NCBI GenBank assembly: GCA_030390025.1
Contig: CM059432.1
Location: 43,402,001-43,466,000, forward strand
DNA length: 64,000 nucleotides
Origin: Squalus acanthias
Lineage: Eukaryota
Direction: 5' to 3'
Shown: positions 23,450 through 37,135 of the stretch, piece after piece
How positions within the stretch are numbered: position 1 is the stretch's first letter
Layout: each line of letters starts with the position of its first letter
Position numbers and translations under genes: made by a program
Notes under the pieces: model-generated
What the model saw: only the letters and a program-made list of their open reading frames with translations
Told to the model about the DNA's origin: nothing
Database searches by the model: none

Positions 23450-26400
23450 GTAATCTCCATGAATAGGTGCTTTCAGTATTTGGAGGAGATGCATAAGTCG
23501 ATAAGGCTGGGAGTGAAGATGTAACCTGTTATCTGCTGCTCCTCTTGCTGGCAGTGAATTTACATTTAAAGATTAACACTGAAGAAAAGCTGCCTTTTGA
23601 CAAGGTTAGGTATCATTCCTGGTCTTGACAGTATCTGACATCACCTAAACCATTTCTGCAGGACTTCTAAAGGTGAGATTACCAGAGTCGTTATCTTTAA
23701 TTGGGTTTAGCATGCCATCTCGGACTGCTTTCTATAGTGTAGAACTAAGTACTGGGAGATGATAATGGAGAACAAAGGATTATTTATTGATGTGGCTTTA
23801 TAACCATTAGAATACTAAAGAATATGGTCAGGGTAATGACTTGATTTGCTATTTCATTATGTGTAAATTGCCTGAAAATAGTCTTGCCTCTCACAGAAAA
23901 ACCAATAAAGCTCTTGAATGAAGAGGCAGAAAGCCTTTGTCTTTTATTTTTGATGGCATACATTTGATAGAACTCGCTCTCTTGTGTTGTCTGCTAGTGA
24001 AGCTGAAGAGACCAGTGTGGGTTTGTTTAAATATAGGTAATGGTGCACTAATACCATACAACACATGAAAAATGTTTATATCCCTGGATGTATTCCAATT
24101 CAGCAAATAGAATGAAATAAAGCTTAGTTGAGATTTGTTTTTTGCATGGAGTAAGTATTTTTATTTTAGGGGAGAATTACAACTAGTCAATAGGTCGAGA
24201 CAATAGAAACCATTATTTACTTCTGAGCATATTGACATTTTGTGTTTGTGACTGGCTCGATGTGTGATGAGATATTTTAGGATCTCACTGGTTACAGTAC
24301 ACAAATATTGCTGTAACTGACCTTTATGTCCTTAGACAACCCATTTGATGTTTGCAGATTCTTCCTAGGGGGTTATTATTTAAACAAGGGTATTACATTA
24401 CACAAGATGCAAATATGTGGCCTTGTAACAATTTAAAGCTTCTTTAATCATTCCTTGTATTTTATTATGCAATAAAAGTGAAGATGGAAATTTAAAGCCT
24501 AATGTAATGCTGGCCTGTCTGAATCATGTGTCTTGTAATTGTTGGTATGCGGGTGACTTTTAAGAATGTTCGAGACTGAGGTTTGTATGATTTTCATGAA
24601 ATTGTTTCGCTTCTGTTTGATCAGCAGGTGCTGCTGAGATGAAAGCCATGTGCAAATTATTTCAAGGATAAAAAGTGTCGATTGAAAATGAATGTGATAA
24701 AAGAAAGAGCAATCCGTTTTCTGTTTTCAATTTGTGCAAAGTTTGAAGAGCTATTCTGCTAAACTGCCACATCTGTTCCATTTTGAATATTGCAGTACAT
24801 CCCCCTATAAATAAAGTGCTTTTTATTGGTCTAAATAGCCTGAGTTTTCAAAATGGCCAAAAATATATTCTGGAGAATCTTGATAGTAATTTGTCTCTCC
24901 ATGGTATTTTCCTTTTTACCAATTATTGATAATTATGGAGAGAATCTGAAGGTGGTGGTAGCACTTTTTTTTTTAAAGACACAATATGCTACTGTAATTT
25001 GTTTGAAATGATGCATTTAACTGTGTGCCAATACTGAGGCTGAAAGTAGATACCTGGATTATTTATTTATTTTGTTTGGGTTTTAAAGTGGCATACTTTC
25101 CAGCTTTTAAAATGGATTCCACTCTTTGACGTACCTTATTGGAAGCACATGAGCAGCATGTGTCTTACAGCATTCACCTACTGTATCTTTACACAGTTTT
25201 ATTGAATTTCATGACTTCGTGCAAATAGGGCTGAGAGTAAAAGCAGCTGACTCTGAAATCTCATTTCCCCAACAAGCATTATAGGTTCTCCTTTCTCTTC
25301 TGCAGTTTAGTAAATAAAGTTTTAATTTTCCACCTTTTGAATAGCTTGTAAACTCTGTAATATTGCACAATTTCCCAGTTTAAAAAAAATCTATATTAAA
25401 ATTTCAGCATTTTCACATTCGCAAAGTTTGCACGCACTTTTATTCAGCGATACAAACACAACTTTTTGTTTTAGAAATAAAGAGAAAGATGTGGTGGGTT
25501 TTGCACTGAAAGGTGATGAGGGTGGGTGAAAAATGTAACCCACTATGTGATAAATTAATTCTGAAAAGTAGCAAACCCCAGTGAGCTGGAGGGCACTTGC
25601 TCAAGAATTGCCTTGGTAGTTTGCTGCAGAGTCCACTGATTGCATTAGTAATGCAGTTTAAAATAATCATCACAACAATGAACTGTGCAGGTACAATTAA
25701 AATACTTGTAGAAATATTCTGAAAGGAGGAGGAAGGTTTGGTGGGATCCATCAGACCAAAGCAATATAAAGAAAAATTACAATATTCTCGTGTTTAATTG
25801 TTATTGAGTTGCCTGAAGGCTTTTTAAAACTTGGTTTGCTACATTGCTTTCATGGTCAGACGCTCAGCAGATGAAATCAGAAAATCATGTTTGCAGCTGG
25901 GCAATTACAATGGTGCCCAAGATCTGTGACTATCGAGCATGAACGCAGATGCCTTCAAAGTTATATTTTCTTGCATGTGGAGGTTGTTGGCATGAAACAG
26001 ATGCCTTCATTTTTTTTTGAGAAGTCAGCCTGTGGATATAATTGGTTCTCTCTTCCCATCCTCCAGGGAGAGTCTCTCACAGATGAAATCAGATGAGAAA
26101 AATTTTGCACAAAGCAAACGTATTCATGGTTTAAGCACCCTGTGCTGCAGACAGAGTCAATGACTAGATTCCTCATATTTATGGAACAAGAAATAAGAGT
26201 GTGTGTACAATCTTTTTTCAATTTTATTCCTGTAATAAAAAAAATCAATTTGGTGTTACTGTAGCTAATATGTATACGCATCTGCACTAAATTGTATATA
26301 TAATAGTGCGGATGATTTTAAAGCCCTTGTCTGACAAAGCAAAGCTTTTCCAAAATGAGTGCATTTTAGCATATGGTTGGAATCAATCAAAAAATATCTT

Positions 26401-27161
26401 GTGTGTGCAACTGATTACATTACCATCTGTCATAAAAAGTCCTCAGTTGGCATCTTTTTTTTTTACATAATGTCAGAACCACAAGAACCATTTTATGAAA
26501 AAAAACAATGATAGGCTGTTTCTTTATAGTAAGGGAAACTTGGGCTTGGTTCTCGGATAAACATATGGTTTTCATCATTTCACGAGCTGGTAAGAAAAAT
26601 GGTGCTGCTGTTTTTTGTTGGAATGATAACATTTCAATTTGCTCCGTTTGCTGACTAATATCTAGTCCATTTTATGGCCTACAGTATTTACAGTTTTATA
26701 CTTCAACATATTAAAGTAAAAATCTAGGGGATAGAATTCCACAAGTTGATCATTTTAGTGGAAAATGTCGGCATTTCCTGTTTTGTGCTCACACCAACTT
26801 TTTTGGTAAAATTATTGACATCAGGCATTCATTCCCTTAGTTATTTACTATAGTTTGGCAATTCCACAAGTAATTTGTGCTGCATTTAAATTGTGAAACT
26901 GTTTCTACTTGAAGCAACTTGGCAATCTATTTTGGTTCCTTGTGCTCTGGAATTTGCCACATTTGCATTGTGGGGTGGATACCAGAAGGCTGGCAGCAGC
27001 ACTGCAACAACTGAACATTACATTGCTCAGAATTTGGAATTATAAAGTGGTAATTTTTGTCTCCTGGATGTTTCCTGATGTTTACCATACGAGGTGCTGT
27101 ACCTTTCACAATACACAAAAAAAAACATTTCTCGAAGTGGTACTTTGTGTGGCCAGGGCCA

Positions 27162-27960
27162 ATAGAATCATAGAACTTGCAGCACAGAAAGAACCCATTC
27201 AACCTGTTGCTTCTGTGTTGATGCTACTACATTGGAGCTATTTACTCTATCTACATCATTCTTTATATTCTTCTTCATGATTTTTCCAAAACCAAGTTAC
27301 ATGATGTGATCGTATCTACCTCAATAGCCACTTGTAGTAATAAACCTCTGCATGAAAAAAGTCATCTAACATTGCTCTTTGTTCTTCTAGTGATAATGCT
27401 CAGTCTGTGCCCTCTTGTTAAAGAAAGGAAAAACTTGCATTTATATACCACCTTTCATATTCTCGGGACATCGCAAAGTGCTTTAAACAAATGCAATCAT
27501 TGTTGTTATGTATTCAAACACATAAGCCAATTTGTACACAGCAAGGTCCCACTAACAGAAAATGAATGAATGACAAGATAATCTGTTTTTGGCTGAGAGA
27601 GGAATGTTGGCTAGGACACTAGGACAATCCCCTGTCCTCCTTCAAATAGTACTTGGAATCTTTTATGCCCACCTGAGTAGGCAGATAGGACTTTGCTTTA
27701 AGGCCTCATCTGCAAGACAGCACTTCCACAGTACTGCACTGAAGTGTGAGCCTAGATTATCATGGGGCTTGAATCCACAAACCACTGATTTAAAGGCAAG
27801 GTTCTCTGGACTGAGACAAGCTGGCATTCAACAATTTCCCAACCAGTGGAAACAACCGTTCAATGTTTACCCTCGTGATTTACTAACCAGTGGAAACAAT
27901 CTTTCATTGTTTACCCTCTCGAAATGCTTCATAATTCTATCAGCGTTGCCTTATTTTTAC
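27162..27960 (-). mobile_element. Degraded CR1 3' fragment interrupted by a SINE
   Basis: Reverse tail ATAGAATCATAGAA..AGCACAGAAAGAACCCATTC at the left; CR1 sequence resumes with CCAGTGGAAACAATCTTTCATTGTTTACCCT after the SINE. Confidence 0.55.
27420..27826 (-). mobile_element. Degraded Deu-type SINE
   Basis: AACTTGCATTTATATACC tail; CAGCAAGGTCCCAC, CTTCAAATAGT, GCACTGAAGTGTGAGCCTAGATT match the 17914-18377 copy in reverse. Confidence 0.7.
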
Positions 27961-28130
27961 TGCTATGGAGTTGGGATGGTTTATGTAGCAGTGATATAAC
28001 AGAAATGGAGCAATGGGTACCCAGCCACTACAATGGTGTGAATAGTAATTGTAACCTAGTCTGTTCTATTTAAGTTTTTATGAAAGCTGAAGCTTTCTTT
28101 TGTTCATTTATGTGGAGGTTGTTCTGTTAA

Positions 28131-28620
28131 TTCCTAGGTTGTTCTATTGATTCCTGGGATTAGAGGATGAGAGGGTTGTCCTATGAGGAGAGATTGACTA
28201 GATTGGGCCTATACTCTCTGGAGTGCAGAAGAATGAGAGGTGATATCATTGAAACATAAGATTCTGAGGGGGATTGACAGGATAGATGCTGAGAGGTTGT
28301 TTCCCCTGGCTGGAGAGTCTAGAACTAGGGGGGATAGTCTCAGGATAAGGAGTCAGCCTTTTAAGACTGAGATGAGGAGGAATTTCTTATTGTGAAGAGG
28401 GTTGTGAATCTTTGGAATTCTCTACCCCAAAAGAGCTGTGGATGCTGAGTCGTTGAGTATATTCAAGGCTGAGAGAGAGATTTTTGGACTCTAGGGAATC
28501 AAGGGATATGGGGATTGGGCAGGAAAGTGGAGTTGAGGTTGAAGATCAGCCATGATCTTATTGAATGGCGGAGCAGGCTCGAGGGGCCGTATGGCCATCT
28601 CCTGCTCCTAATTCTTATGT
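28131..28620 (+). mobile_element. CR1 LINE 3' fragment
   Basis: Closely similar to 8530-9010 (AGAAGAATGAGAGGTGAT, TGGAATTCTCTACCCC, GCCATGATCTTATTGAATGG, TTCTTATGT tail). Confidence 0.88.
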
Positions 28621-30189
28621 GCCTCATACAGGTAATTTTCTTAAGTGTATAGTCTTGCCGTCTACACCCTTCATTGTCACCAGTGCAAATGCTAAACTAT
28701 TAATTGTTCATTTGTCTCCTAGCTTCTAGATGGTATAAACATTATTCTTGACTTGTTCTGTTGTAAACATAAATTTTAGATTTTGGTTTGCATATCTGTG
28801 CAAGTATATATGCACCTTTCTTGAGTGTATACCCGGACAAGTCTTTAGGACTGATATTGTAAATTTTTTTACAATTGTAACAATGTACAGTGTGGCAAGA
28901 ATGGTTAGTGTTCTGTTGGTACCAAAGGAACTCATTGTCATGAGATAAAGGAAGATCATGTGCTTTTGTAGTCGATTATGTTTAAAGATAAATATATGGG
29001 TTGCTTTTCAGTGAGCCGCAGTGATTTGAATCCAGTTTAGTTGTACTGCAGTAGTCAAATAAAATTCTGAGAAGTTAAACAATTTTGGACTACCTATTTT
29101 AAGATTTTGCGCACTATCTTATATTCCTACTAAGTCACTGCAATTGCTGCTTTTTTCCTCTGGGAAGCAGCATGAGATGCTTTTCTACTTTAAAGATGCT
29201 ATATAAATGCAAATTGTTGTTATGAGACTCTGTGTGTGTGTTTACATGAGCACATTTATATACATGATCATTGAAGTTTCATCAGTGCTAAAAATTTAGA
29301 TGGAAAAATACCTATCTGGAAGACCAGAAGTATTCAAAGTTGGAAACTGGTCACTTGTGTTTGCATCATAGACACATGTTTCAGGGACACATGCGTTTGA
29401 GTATTGTGTATGGTCTTGAGACAGCTCAGTCTGGAAATGTTTCTGTTTCACAATAAAGTCCAAAGTTAATTGTGCTTTTTGTATTGATCAAATGTAAATC
29501 CCAGATAATGCTGGCTTTGTTTACCAACAGAAGTGAAAGTTAGATGAGATTTATTCCCATCTGTAAAATCAGGGAAGCATCCTAATTATGAGAGGGAGGG
29601 TATAGTTTATTATCTGGTTGTGATCTAAGCCTTTTTTTGTCAGGCTAAAGATTGATATCCAGGCTAGAGGCCAAAGTCATCTATAGCCAGAAAAAGACGT
29701 AGGAAATTAGCCGAGGACTGGCAGAAAGCAGTCTGGTCTAAACAGCGAAACAATTGGAATTCATCAAGTAGAATAGGAAGGCCGGTGAAATGGAGAAAGG
29801 AACTTTCATTTGAATAGAGCTATGGGGAGATAGCCAAAAATGTGACTTTGTGTCTTCAGCTGCTATTTCTGACTCAGGGCATTGTCTCCCAAGAGCTCTT
29901 ATCTCAAATTCCTGGATATGAACTTCTTACTTCCTAAAAATGAACAAAACAAAGAGCAGCAAAATAAAAGCAGATGCTGTTGTGAATAACAGTTATATTT
30001 CTTCTGCAGTTAATTTTTTTTAACAGTACAACTTCTGGAACTATATTTTTTAATGTACAATGAATCACTTTTAAAAGCTGTTATTTGCCAGTTTAAAAAG
30101 TTCACCTTCTATTCAGACAAACTGTCAATCTTCCCCCTAAGTTTTGTTATAATGAAAATAAAGTTTGTGCTGGTAGAGCAACCAGCATA

Positions 30190-30447
30190 AAGTTAGGATT
30201 ATCACTAAAAGAACAAAAGGGGAAGTTGGAAGCACATTTTTCACACTGAGAATATTAGAATGGAATACTTTATTACAAATGGCTATTGAGGCCGGGACTA
30301 CAGCATCATTTAAAAGGAAATTGGGTAAGTAGCTGAAAAAGAACATGAAAGGATACAGGGTATAGACAGGTAAATGGGAAGTTGGAGCTAACACCAACAC
30401 CGGTCTGATGGGCCAAGCAGCCTCCTGTGCTTTAATTTCTATGATCT
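30190..30447 (+). mobile_element. Old CR1 3' end remnant
   Basis: AGCACATTTTTCACACTGAGA..TGGAATACTTT..GATGGGCCAAGCAGCCTCCTGTGC..TTTCTATGAT. Confidence 0.55.
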
Positions 30448-30693
30448 ACTTACTGGTAGCATTCGTTGGTTCCCTCTACTGAAACACATTTTTGAAGTAT
30501 GTTAAAGTATCTTGTGGAAGTTGCTGTGTACTGTCTGGTCTGCTCTGCCTGAAACTCACGTTGTACACGATTCGGTCCCAGCAGTCCCATTATCTTCCCC
30601 AGACCTACTGTCGAACAATTTTTTTTGAGATTGGAAGCTCCGTCAACCAAGCTTTAATGAAACATCAAACCACTATATATTTGTTCGATATTT

Positions 30694-31237
30694 AGACCCA
30701 AAATTCGAGCTGGTGGAAGTGCGGACTCCCTTCCGCTGTCATCCACTGATGCAGGCCCCGCCCCAAATCATTACCATATGGTCATTACCGTAATCAGGGT
30801 GAGTGGCCAGTGCCTGTAATGGTGCATCGTAGGCATCTAACCTGACATTATTGCAGATAATTTGAGTGCCCCTAAAAAGGAGAGGAAAAGGCCCAGGTGG
30901 GATCGATTACCTCACTGCAGTGCAGCTCTGGGACTTTTCCAAAAGCCTCAGTGGAACCAGTTCTCGGCTGGTGAAAGTTCTATGGGCCTTACAAGAGTGT
31001 AATGGCCAAAATACCTTGTGTAGCTCAGGAACTCCACCAAACACCTCCCCACCCCCTTGACGTAGGAAGCATGAGTTGTCCTTTCCCTCCCCCCATCCAC
31101 TGACTGGAATTTCCTGGGCCTCTTGCACAAAGCAGAATCCCAGTGGTACCAGGTTCTGTCCCAAGTTCCAAAATTCTAGTTCCCAGTGGACGATGTGCAC
31201 TCCCTCTGCCCTCTCAAACCCCTGGAATTTTGGGGCC
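30694..31237. mobile_element. Possible decayed MITE
   Basis: Imperfect TIRs AGACCCAAAATTC / GAATTTTGGGGCC around a GC-richer segment. Confidence 0.35.
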
Positions 31238-31906
31238 TTGATCTTCAATGCCTGCATTAATATAATTAACAACAAAACAAGTTTGAAGAATTTTTCTAAT
31301 GTTAATTGGTTAGGTGTGTTTGAAGCTCCGTATTTTAACATTACTTTGGAATGGGAAAGGGCAGAAGGGGTGGATCTGAAAGTACTAAACACATACTTAA
31401 TCACATTGTTTTAGGATTAATCTTAACTGTGACACTGCCTATAGTTTTCCACAGGGAAATGTTTAGAACTGAAGGAAGATTTGATCATATCAGAGTTGAC
31501 CATAAGTGGGCTTTGCTACACTAATCTGTCAAACCTGTTTTAATCTGTGATGGGGGAGGAGATGGAGAGAAAAATCTATACCGTACATTCCATTGCTTTG
31601 GAGTTACTCATTTGTACAATTTTTATTCAGTGGCCTTTAGTAAATTTGCACAAGCTGTTGTATAGCCCAGAGGAACTGAAGTATTGGAAACTCCTTTGGA
31701 TTTTTAACCCTCTATTAGGTACTATTTGCTTATACCATGTCCACACAAATTGATTGATCGGACTTCACTCTGCGAAGAAAATGTTTCTGGAAAAGTTTTG
31801 AAGTGGGGGAATCTATTTAGTCATGAACAGACATTGGTTGGCATTCAGGAGATTAAAATGTAGATATCTTTTGGTAGTAATCCAGTCTTGCAGGGAAGAA
31901 ATAACA

Positions 31907-31914
<8 letters not shown>

Positions 31915-31942
<28 letters not shown>
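31915..31942. repeat. (TG)n microsatellite
   Basis: About 14 TG units followed by a short (TA) run. Confidence 0.95.
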
Positions 31943-31943
<1 letters not shown>

Positions 31944-33683
31944 ATATATATATAAAATATTAATTAAACCATACCACTGAAGAGCAGGCCTTTTTGATTT
32001 TCAAAACTGCATATTAAAATGTAACTATTAAGTGCTTTAATTCTATAACTTGATGCTTCTATCTTCACAGAGTTGTTTCAAAACTGTAGTTGTTGTTATT
32101 GTCTGTTCCTTCATTAGCACCCTGAACAAATCCATTCTGCTTTACTCTTCTGCGCTCTCCCTCCCTTCCCCTCCTTCCCCCCCAGAAAGAAATGTCAGAA
32201 TGTTTTAAACTATAAATTACTGGGTAGAGATGTTTGATATTGTCCCTAACCTCCCCATAAGGCATATCTTCCAAGCCCTTTCCCATGTCCATTTTGACTA
32301 TATTAACAGCAGCCAAGTCTATAGTACACAACTTTTTGTCATGGTGTTTTTGTTTTGTTGTGGCTCATGGCATTGCGCGAGGCTTTTTAAATTTGAAATC
32401 CAGTGATAGTTGTATCGTAGAAGTCAATGAGTTCAGTTTGAAAATACTTTAATGCATTCATATTGACTCTGTGCTCCAATAAATGACATGCATTCAAGCT
32501 TTCTTAGTAAAGGCTGGGAAAACTTTAGAAGGCTTATTGCATGAATCTGATTTATGACTATTTTGAATGAAAGAATATTGTCTCTTAAAGCAGGATGTTT
32601 TCCTAACCAGTTGGCTTTAAGAGACTTCTGTGTGTCTCTGTCATGTTTACTTTCAGAATTATCCAAATAGATGTTGTAGAAGGATAGGTTTTGTCTTTTC
32701 CTTGGAGAGTATGGTAACAATTTGCAGACTAAAATGCAAGATTAAAAAAAAAATTCACTGCAGACAAGTGCATTTGTGGTTTAGGCAAAGCTATACTGTA
32801 TGGGTGGTTCAGAGGAAAAAAAAACTTTTTTTTGTTGATGCTCCAGCAAGTTCTAGCGGAAGCAGCTCTGAGTTTCTGTGGAGCCGTAGCACGGGTCAGA
32901 CTCATACACAACATTCCTGCTTCCGTGTTTAACAACCTGAGGAGCAAAACATCCAGTGGCAAGTGTGTGAAAATTCTGTATCTTGGGCCGCAGTTTGTTG
33001 CTCTGACATCCTGCAAGCCAGTCCTGTCCGTTCACAAACGTCAGGGCTGGTTCCTGACAGCATGCTATCTCTGCCTGGCCTGGGTTCCTTTCATTCAGGA
33101 TTCATTGTGTGGAAGAGGGTTTGGTCAGGAATTCGGGTTCCTGCCAGTACTGCTCTCTCCCAGCCCCTTCAGCACTGACAGATGCCTGTTGTCGTGGACA
33201 AAGGAATTGGCTCTTTGCTCCCTCTGTTCCTCCTTGCATCCGAGGTTAGAATTTACACCATCTCTACCCTTTATGGTAACACATGAAAAGAAAGCCATGT
33301 AAAACCTGTGTTAAATTTGTTTTACAAATGATGTAGATGTTGTAGAGACTGAATCTAAAGAACTTAAATTATTCACAAGAAAAAATATTAGCCAGGAATA
33401 AGAAAAAAATTGCACTTGGTTGCATTTGCAATGTCAGTTTATCTGAATTTGGTTCAATATATATTTTCACTTATCTCCATATTTTGTGAAAAGAATGAAA
33501 ACATCCTCAACTTAAATAGGCTTGAAACTAAATAGTAAAAGCTATGGCTACCTGTAAAAAGCAAATGTTTTACAGATATGAGGAGATAATGAGCCTACTA
33601 GTAGTTTTTTGTAAGCAGTAATATCTATAGCCCTCTGAACAGCTGATGCCAACACTCTCTCCGCCTGTTGTGCTGTAGTACCA

Positions 33684-33697
33684 GCTCCACCTAGTGG
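33684..33697 (-). promoter_or_regulatory. Possible CTCF core motif
   Basis: Reverse strand reads CCACTAGGTGGAGC, close to the CTCF consensus; motif match only. Confidence 0.3.
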
Positions 33698-36600
33698 TTA
33701 TATCTTGCTGCTATTAGATTGAATAAGTGGCCTCTTCACAGTATTTCTTGTGAAATGCTTTGCTAAAATTTGTTATTTTGCGTAAGATACCGCAGCAATC
33801 ATTTGTTTTCTACTGTATTTGAAGGTTTTAGGCAATCAATGTGTGATTATAAACTTTGGATCAATTTGAACAGTTAATTGGTGCTTATTGGTGCTCTGTT
33901 CCGAACATTTCTACACCTATTGTGAAGTGGATTTTTGGTAAATATATTGTTAGAATAAATAAGCATTCAGAAAGTAAGGCCATTAGAAAAAATGTCGTAT
34001 AAGATGCAAGACACTTTTACTTTATCATTTTTAACCAAAAGCAAGCAAGTGATCAGTAGCATTTTCGGTCCGGTGCAAACAACCATAACATTTGAATTTA
34101 ATTTGCCACAAACAGCTCAACAGAACGAGGGAAGGCCTTGAAATTTTGCCTGAAGTGTGGTGTGGGGGTAACTTTCAGAGAAAGTGGTCCAGATGGCAAC
34201 CAACACACTGCAGCCCTATGATTTTTTTTTTGTCTCTAGTGCAGAGGAGGGAAAGTTCATTGAAGCATAAACTATCACCCTTGCATTTCAACAGAGCTAA
34301 CTCATCATCAGTCAGATAATAAGGGGGGGGAGGGATGATTGAGCTTGTAGAGAAACACTTCAGCTGTGGTACTGTAGAAGCACAGGAAACTGAACAACAC
34401 TCTTGGCCTGTTTATGAAGAAGCGCAAGCGTTGTCCCTCCCTGACAGATTTCACATGGGTGGGTCAGCCTTGCCAGCAGGAGGCTTTAAGAAAACACTAA
34501 TAGCTTCCAGCTGTGTGGAAAATCAGGCTCTTTAGAGTCAAAAATGGGAGATTTGAATTTCAAAGCATGCTAATGCCTTCATTTCTGTTCACTACCATTT
34601 GGCCATAAAAGATTATTTTCCAATATGTCAACCCAATTGATGGCCAGTGGTCCGAGAATGAAAGGGAAACAAGCAAGCGGGGAAATTTGTACATTGGTGA
34701 GTCCGCCCTCCAAGCTGGTGTGGCATTTTGTAGAAAGACCTACCATGAGATGAGGGGATCTTAATAACCATTCATCAATTGATCATTGGTTGATCATTGA
34801 GTGCTATGTTATTCAGTTTATCAAGTCTTGCACAAAAGTCAGAAAAGGCTTCATTCAACTTTGTTAAAGCAAACTCTTAGAGTAAAATGCTTTATTTGAA
34901 TTCATTTTGCTTTTTATTATTATTCTCTTTCCTCTTTTGTTAATGCAGCCTAACTGAGTCCTTTTATTTGGTGGTTTGAATATATGAAACTATTAATTCC
35001 TTTACGAAAGCCCAATGGGAAGCAGGAGCAGATGGGGTAGAAAACTATTTGGTTGGGAGTATTGCTTTCAATTTGTGTCAATGAGGTTTCAGTTCTTTTG
35101 AATTAACTCACTTAATACCTACTGTGTGAAGCCATGAATTCACAGTGTATCAGATGCATGTTGGCAATTAGTGGCCAAAGAGTAGATAGGGAAAGTTGAG
35201 CTGACTTGTAGAAAAGTCTCGCTGCAGCTAGTGTATTGTTACCGAGCCATGATCTTGTGAAATGCATTTTGGGGTTTCTTGCTCTCTCTGGGTAAGCAAT
35301 TTTAGAGTTAATACCTTTATCTATGTCTTTTAGTTTCTCTGTTATTTAATGTGTGTTTGTCTGATCTCCCTTCTAAAGATTTTGATTCATACTTTTGTAG
35401 ATAATTATCATCCTGAAATTTGAATTAAAAGCTAGTTCTTGTTTCAATGCTTTTAATAATTCCAGGTTAGCTCAAATGTGACTTTTTTTATTTCTAATAT
35501 TTAATTAGCTGATGGAGTCATTACTTGCAATACTTTTCTCAAAGAATGACTATGTTTCAGATTAGGATAGCCAAAACTATGATCAATATTTGAAATTTAA
35601 ATTGATGTTGAAATGTTTAAATCAAAGCATTAAAAAACCCACTAAAATGACAACGATTTAGAACTGAATCCACTACTGTTTATGCTGCATGCCCATCTTG
35701 TAATCTTTGGAATTGCCTTGAATTAAAGTGTGTGAGTCTGAGGAACAGGGTTGGCCTTGTCACTATTTCAGATTGTTTGTGGGTGCTAGCGAATTATACT
35801 CCCATTTCAGACAGCAGACGATGATTTTCCTGCTACTAATATCAAGAGTAGTTAAAGTGCAGTGAATCGCATTGATTGTAAATCACAGCCGCCTGGATTA
35901 AACCAAACTGGGGGATGCTGCCACATGTGTGGCACCTTTCCTGTAATTAAATAACCTAGAGATAAAGGCCTGATGCAGCTGACGGTTACAGAAAACACTA
36001 GAGGAGTATCCGATGCACAAGCATCCTTGTCTTGTCATTCCTTTCACTGATAGACCACTAGGTGAGAATCCCTAAGGAATTGGTTCATGTTAATGTGGAT
36101 CAATTTGAAGCCGCAATTACTGTTGTGAGGATATGGTCCTGGCATTTAGAAGAGCTGTTTCAAGAAGAAAGACAAAAAAAGAGTGAAAATGCTTGTGGTC
36201 TAAAATGCATGTCTGTGGTGTAATCCTTTGATAGCTGGTGTATGTTGTAGAAGAGCTGACAATTATTGCTGTTCATAACCCTTTGAGGTGCTCCTGACTA
36301 CACTGGATTTTTTTTTCTTAAAGAACTGCATTACATTAGGAAACAGCTTATTGGCTGCAGCACTGCTGTGAGTGTTTGTTAACTGACATCAGTTGTCAGA
36401 GAGCCATGGATTGATCCATATGTGAACAGAGCATATTCATAGCTCTCAAAAAAAGGTCAGTTTTTCCTGTGTTCCCACATGGATTTCATCAGCGGTTTAA
36501 GGCGGCTACAGGGAAAAAATGCATTTGCATTGACAGAGGCTGAATGCTGGGGGATCTGCATTCAGACACATGTGAATCATATGCTGTAAGGAAGGCAGGA

Positions 36601-37128
36601 GGAATGCTACAAGCAACGTAGTGGAAGGATTGCAAAGAGTGGGGGCAAACAAATCAAAGAAGGAAAGGTTTACATTTCCGTTTTTGTAAAGAACGACACA
36701 GCTTATCTGAGGACTTCACAACAATATATCCCTGTGTCTGGCGTCTTCCTTGCCCTCCCCTGCGTTGGAGCTAGTAAAAAAGGTACAGTAAAAGAAGTCA
36801 GATGAGGGTCTCAGGCAGAGATAATTTGTGCATACATCCATGTCATTGTTCTGCCTGAAGAGACTGGGCTTGGTTCAAGGCCACATGTGCTCCTGTCATC
36901 ATTCACATTTCTGCTCCAAGTACAATTCGGAGTGTCAGCTCTCCATCTGTCTCTGCCTGGCAAAAGCACGCACCCAGTTTCCTGCCTCTAGGTAGGGTGC
37001 CGCAGCAAGCCTTATGGCTGTCTGTTTTCTCTGATCATTCCAGAGCAGGAGACCGTAGGTCTGCTGACTCTAGTTTTGCATTTTTATTTTTTTTAAGAAG
37101 AGGGTAAAGGTGTGTAGCTCGTTCAGTA

Positions 37129-37135
37129 ATGCCAG
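37129..37135 (+). CDS. RUNX1T1: RUNX1T1 exon-1a-type coding end (ATG CCA G; MTG8a-like start MPDRTEK)
   Basis: ATGCCAG|GTGAGT consensus donor, phase 1; splicing to 45074 gives [15 protein letters not shown], matching the known MTG8a N-terminus MPDRTEKHSTMPDSP. Confidence 0.8.

Noticed and set aside
25868..26093. 14-bp direct repeat CAGATGAAATCAGA about 210 bp apart
   Set aside because: No element structure between the copies; compatible with chance.
32630..33302. Cluster of overlapping ORFs up to 156 aa
   Set aside because: Cys/Leu-rich noise with no homology or convincing splice structure.
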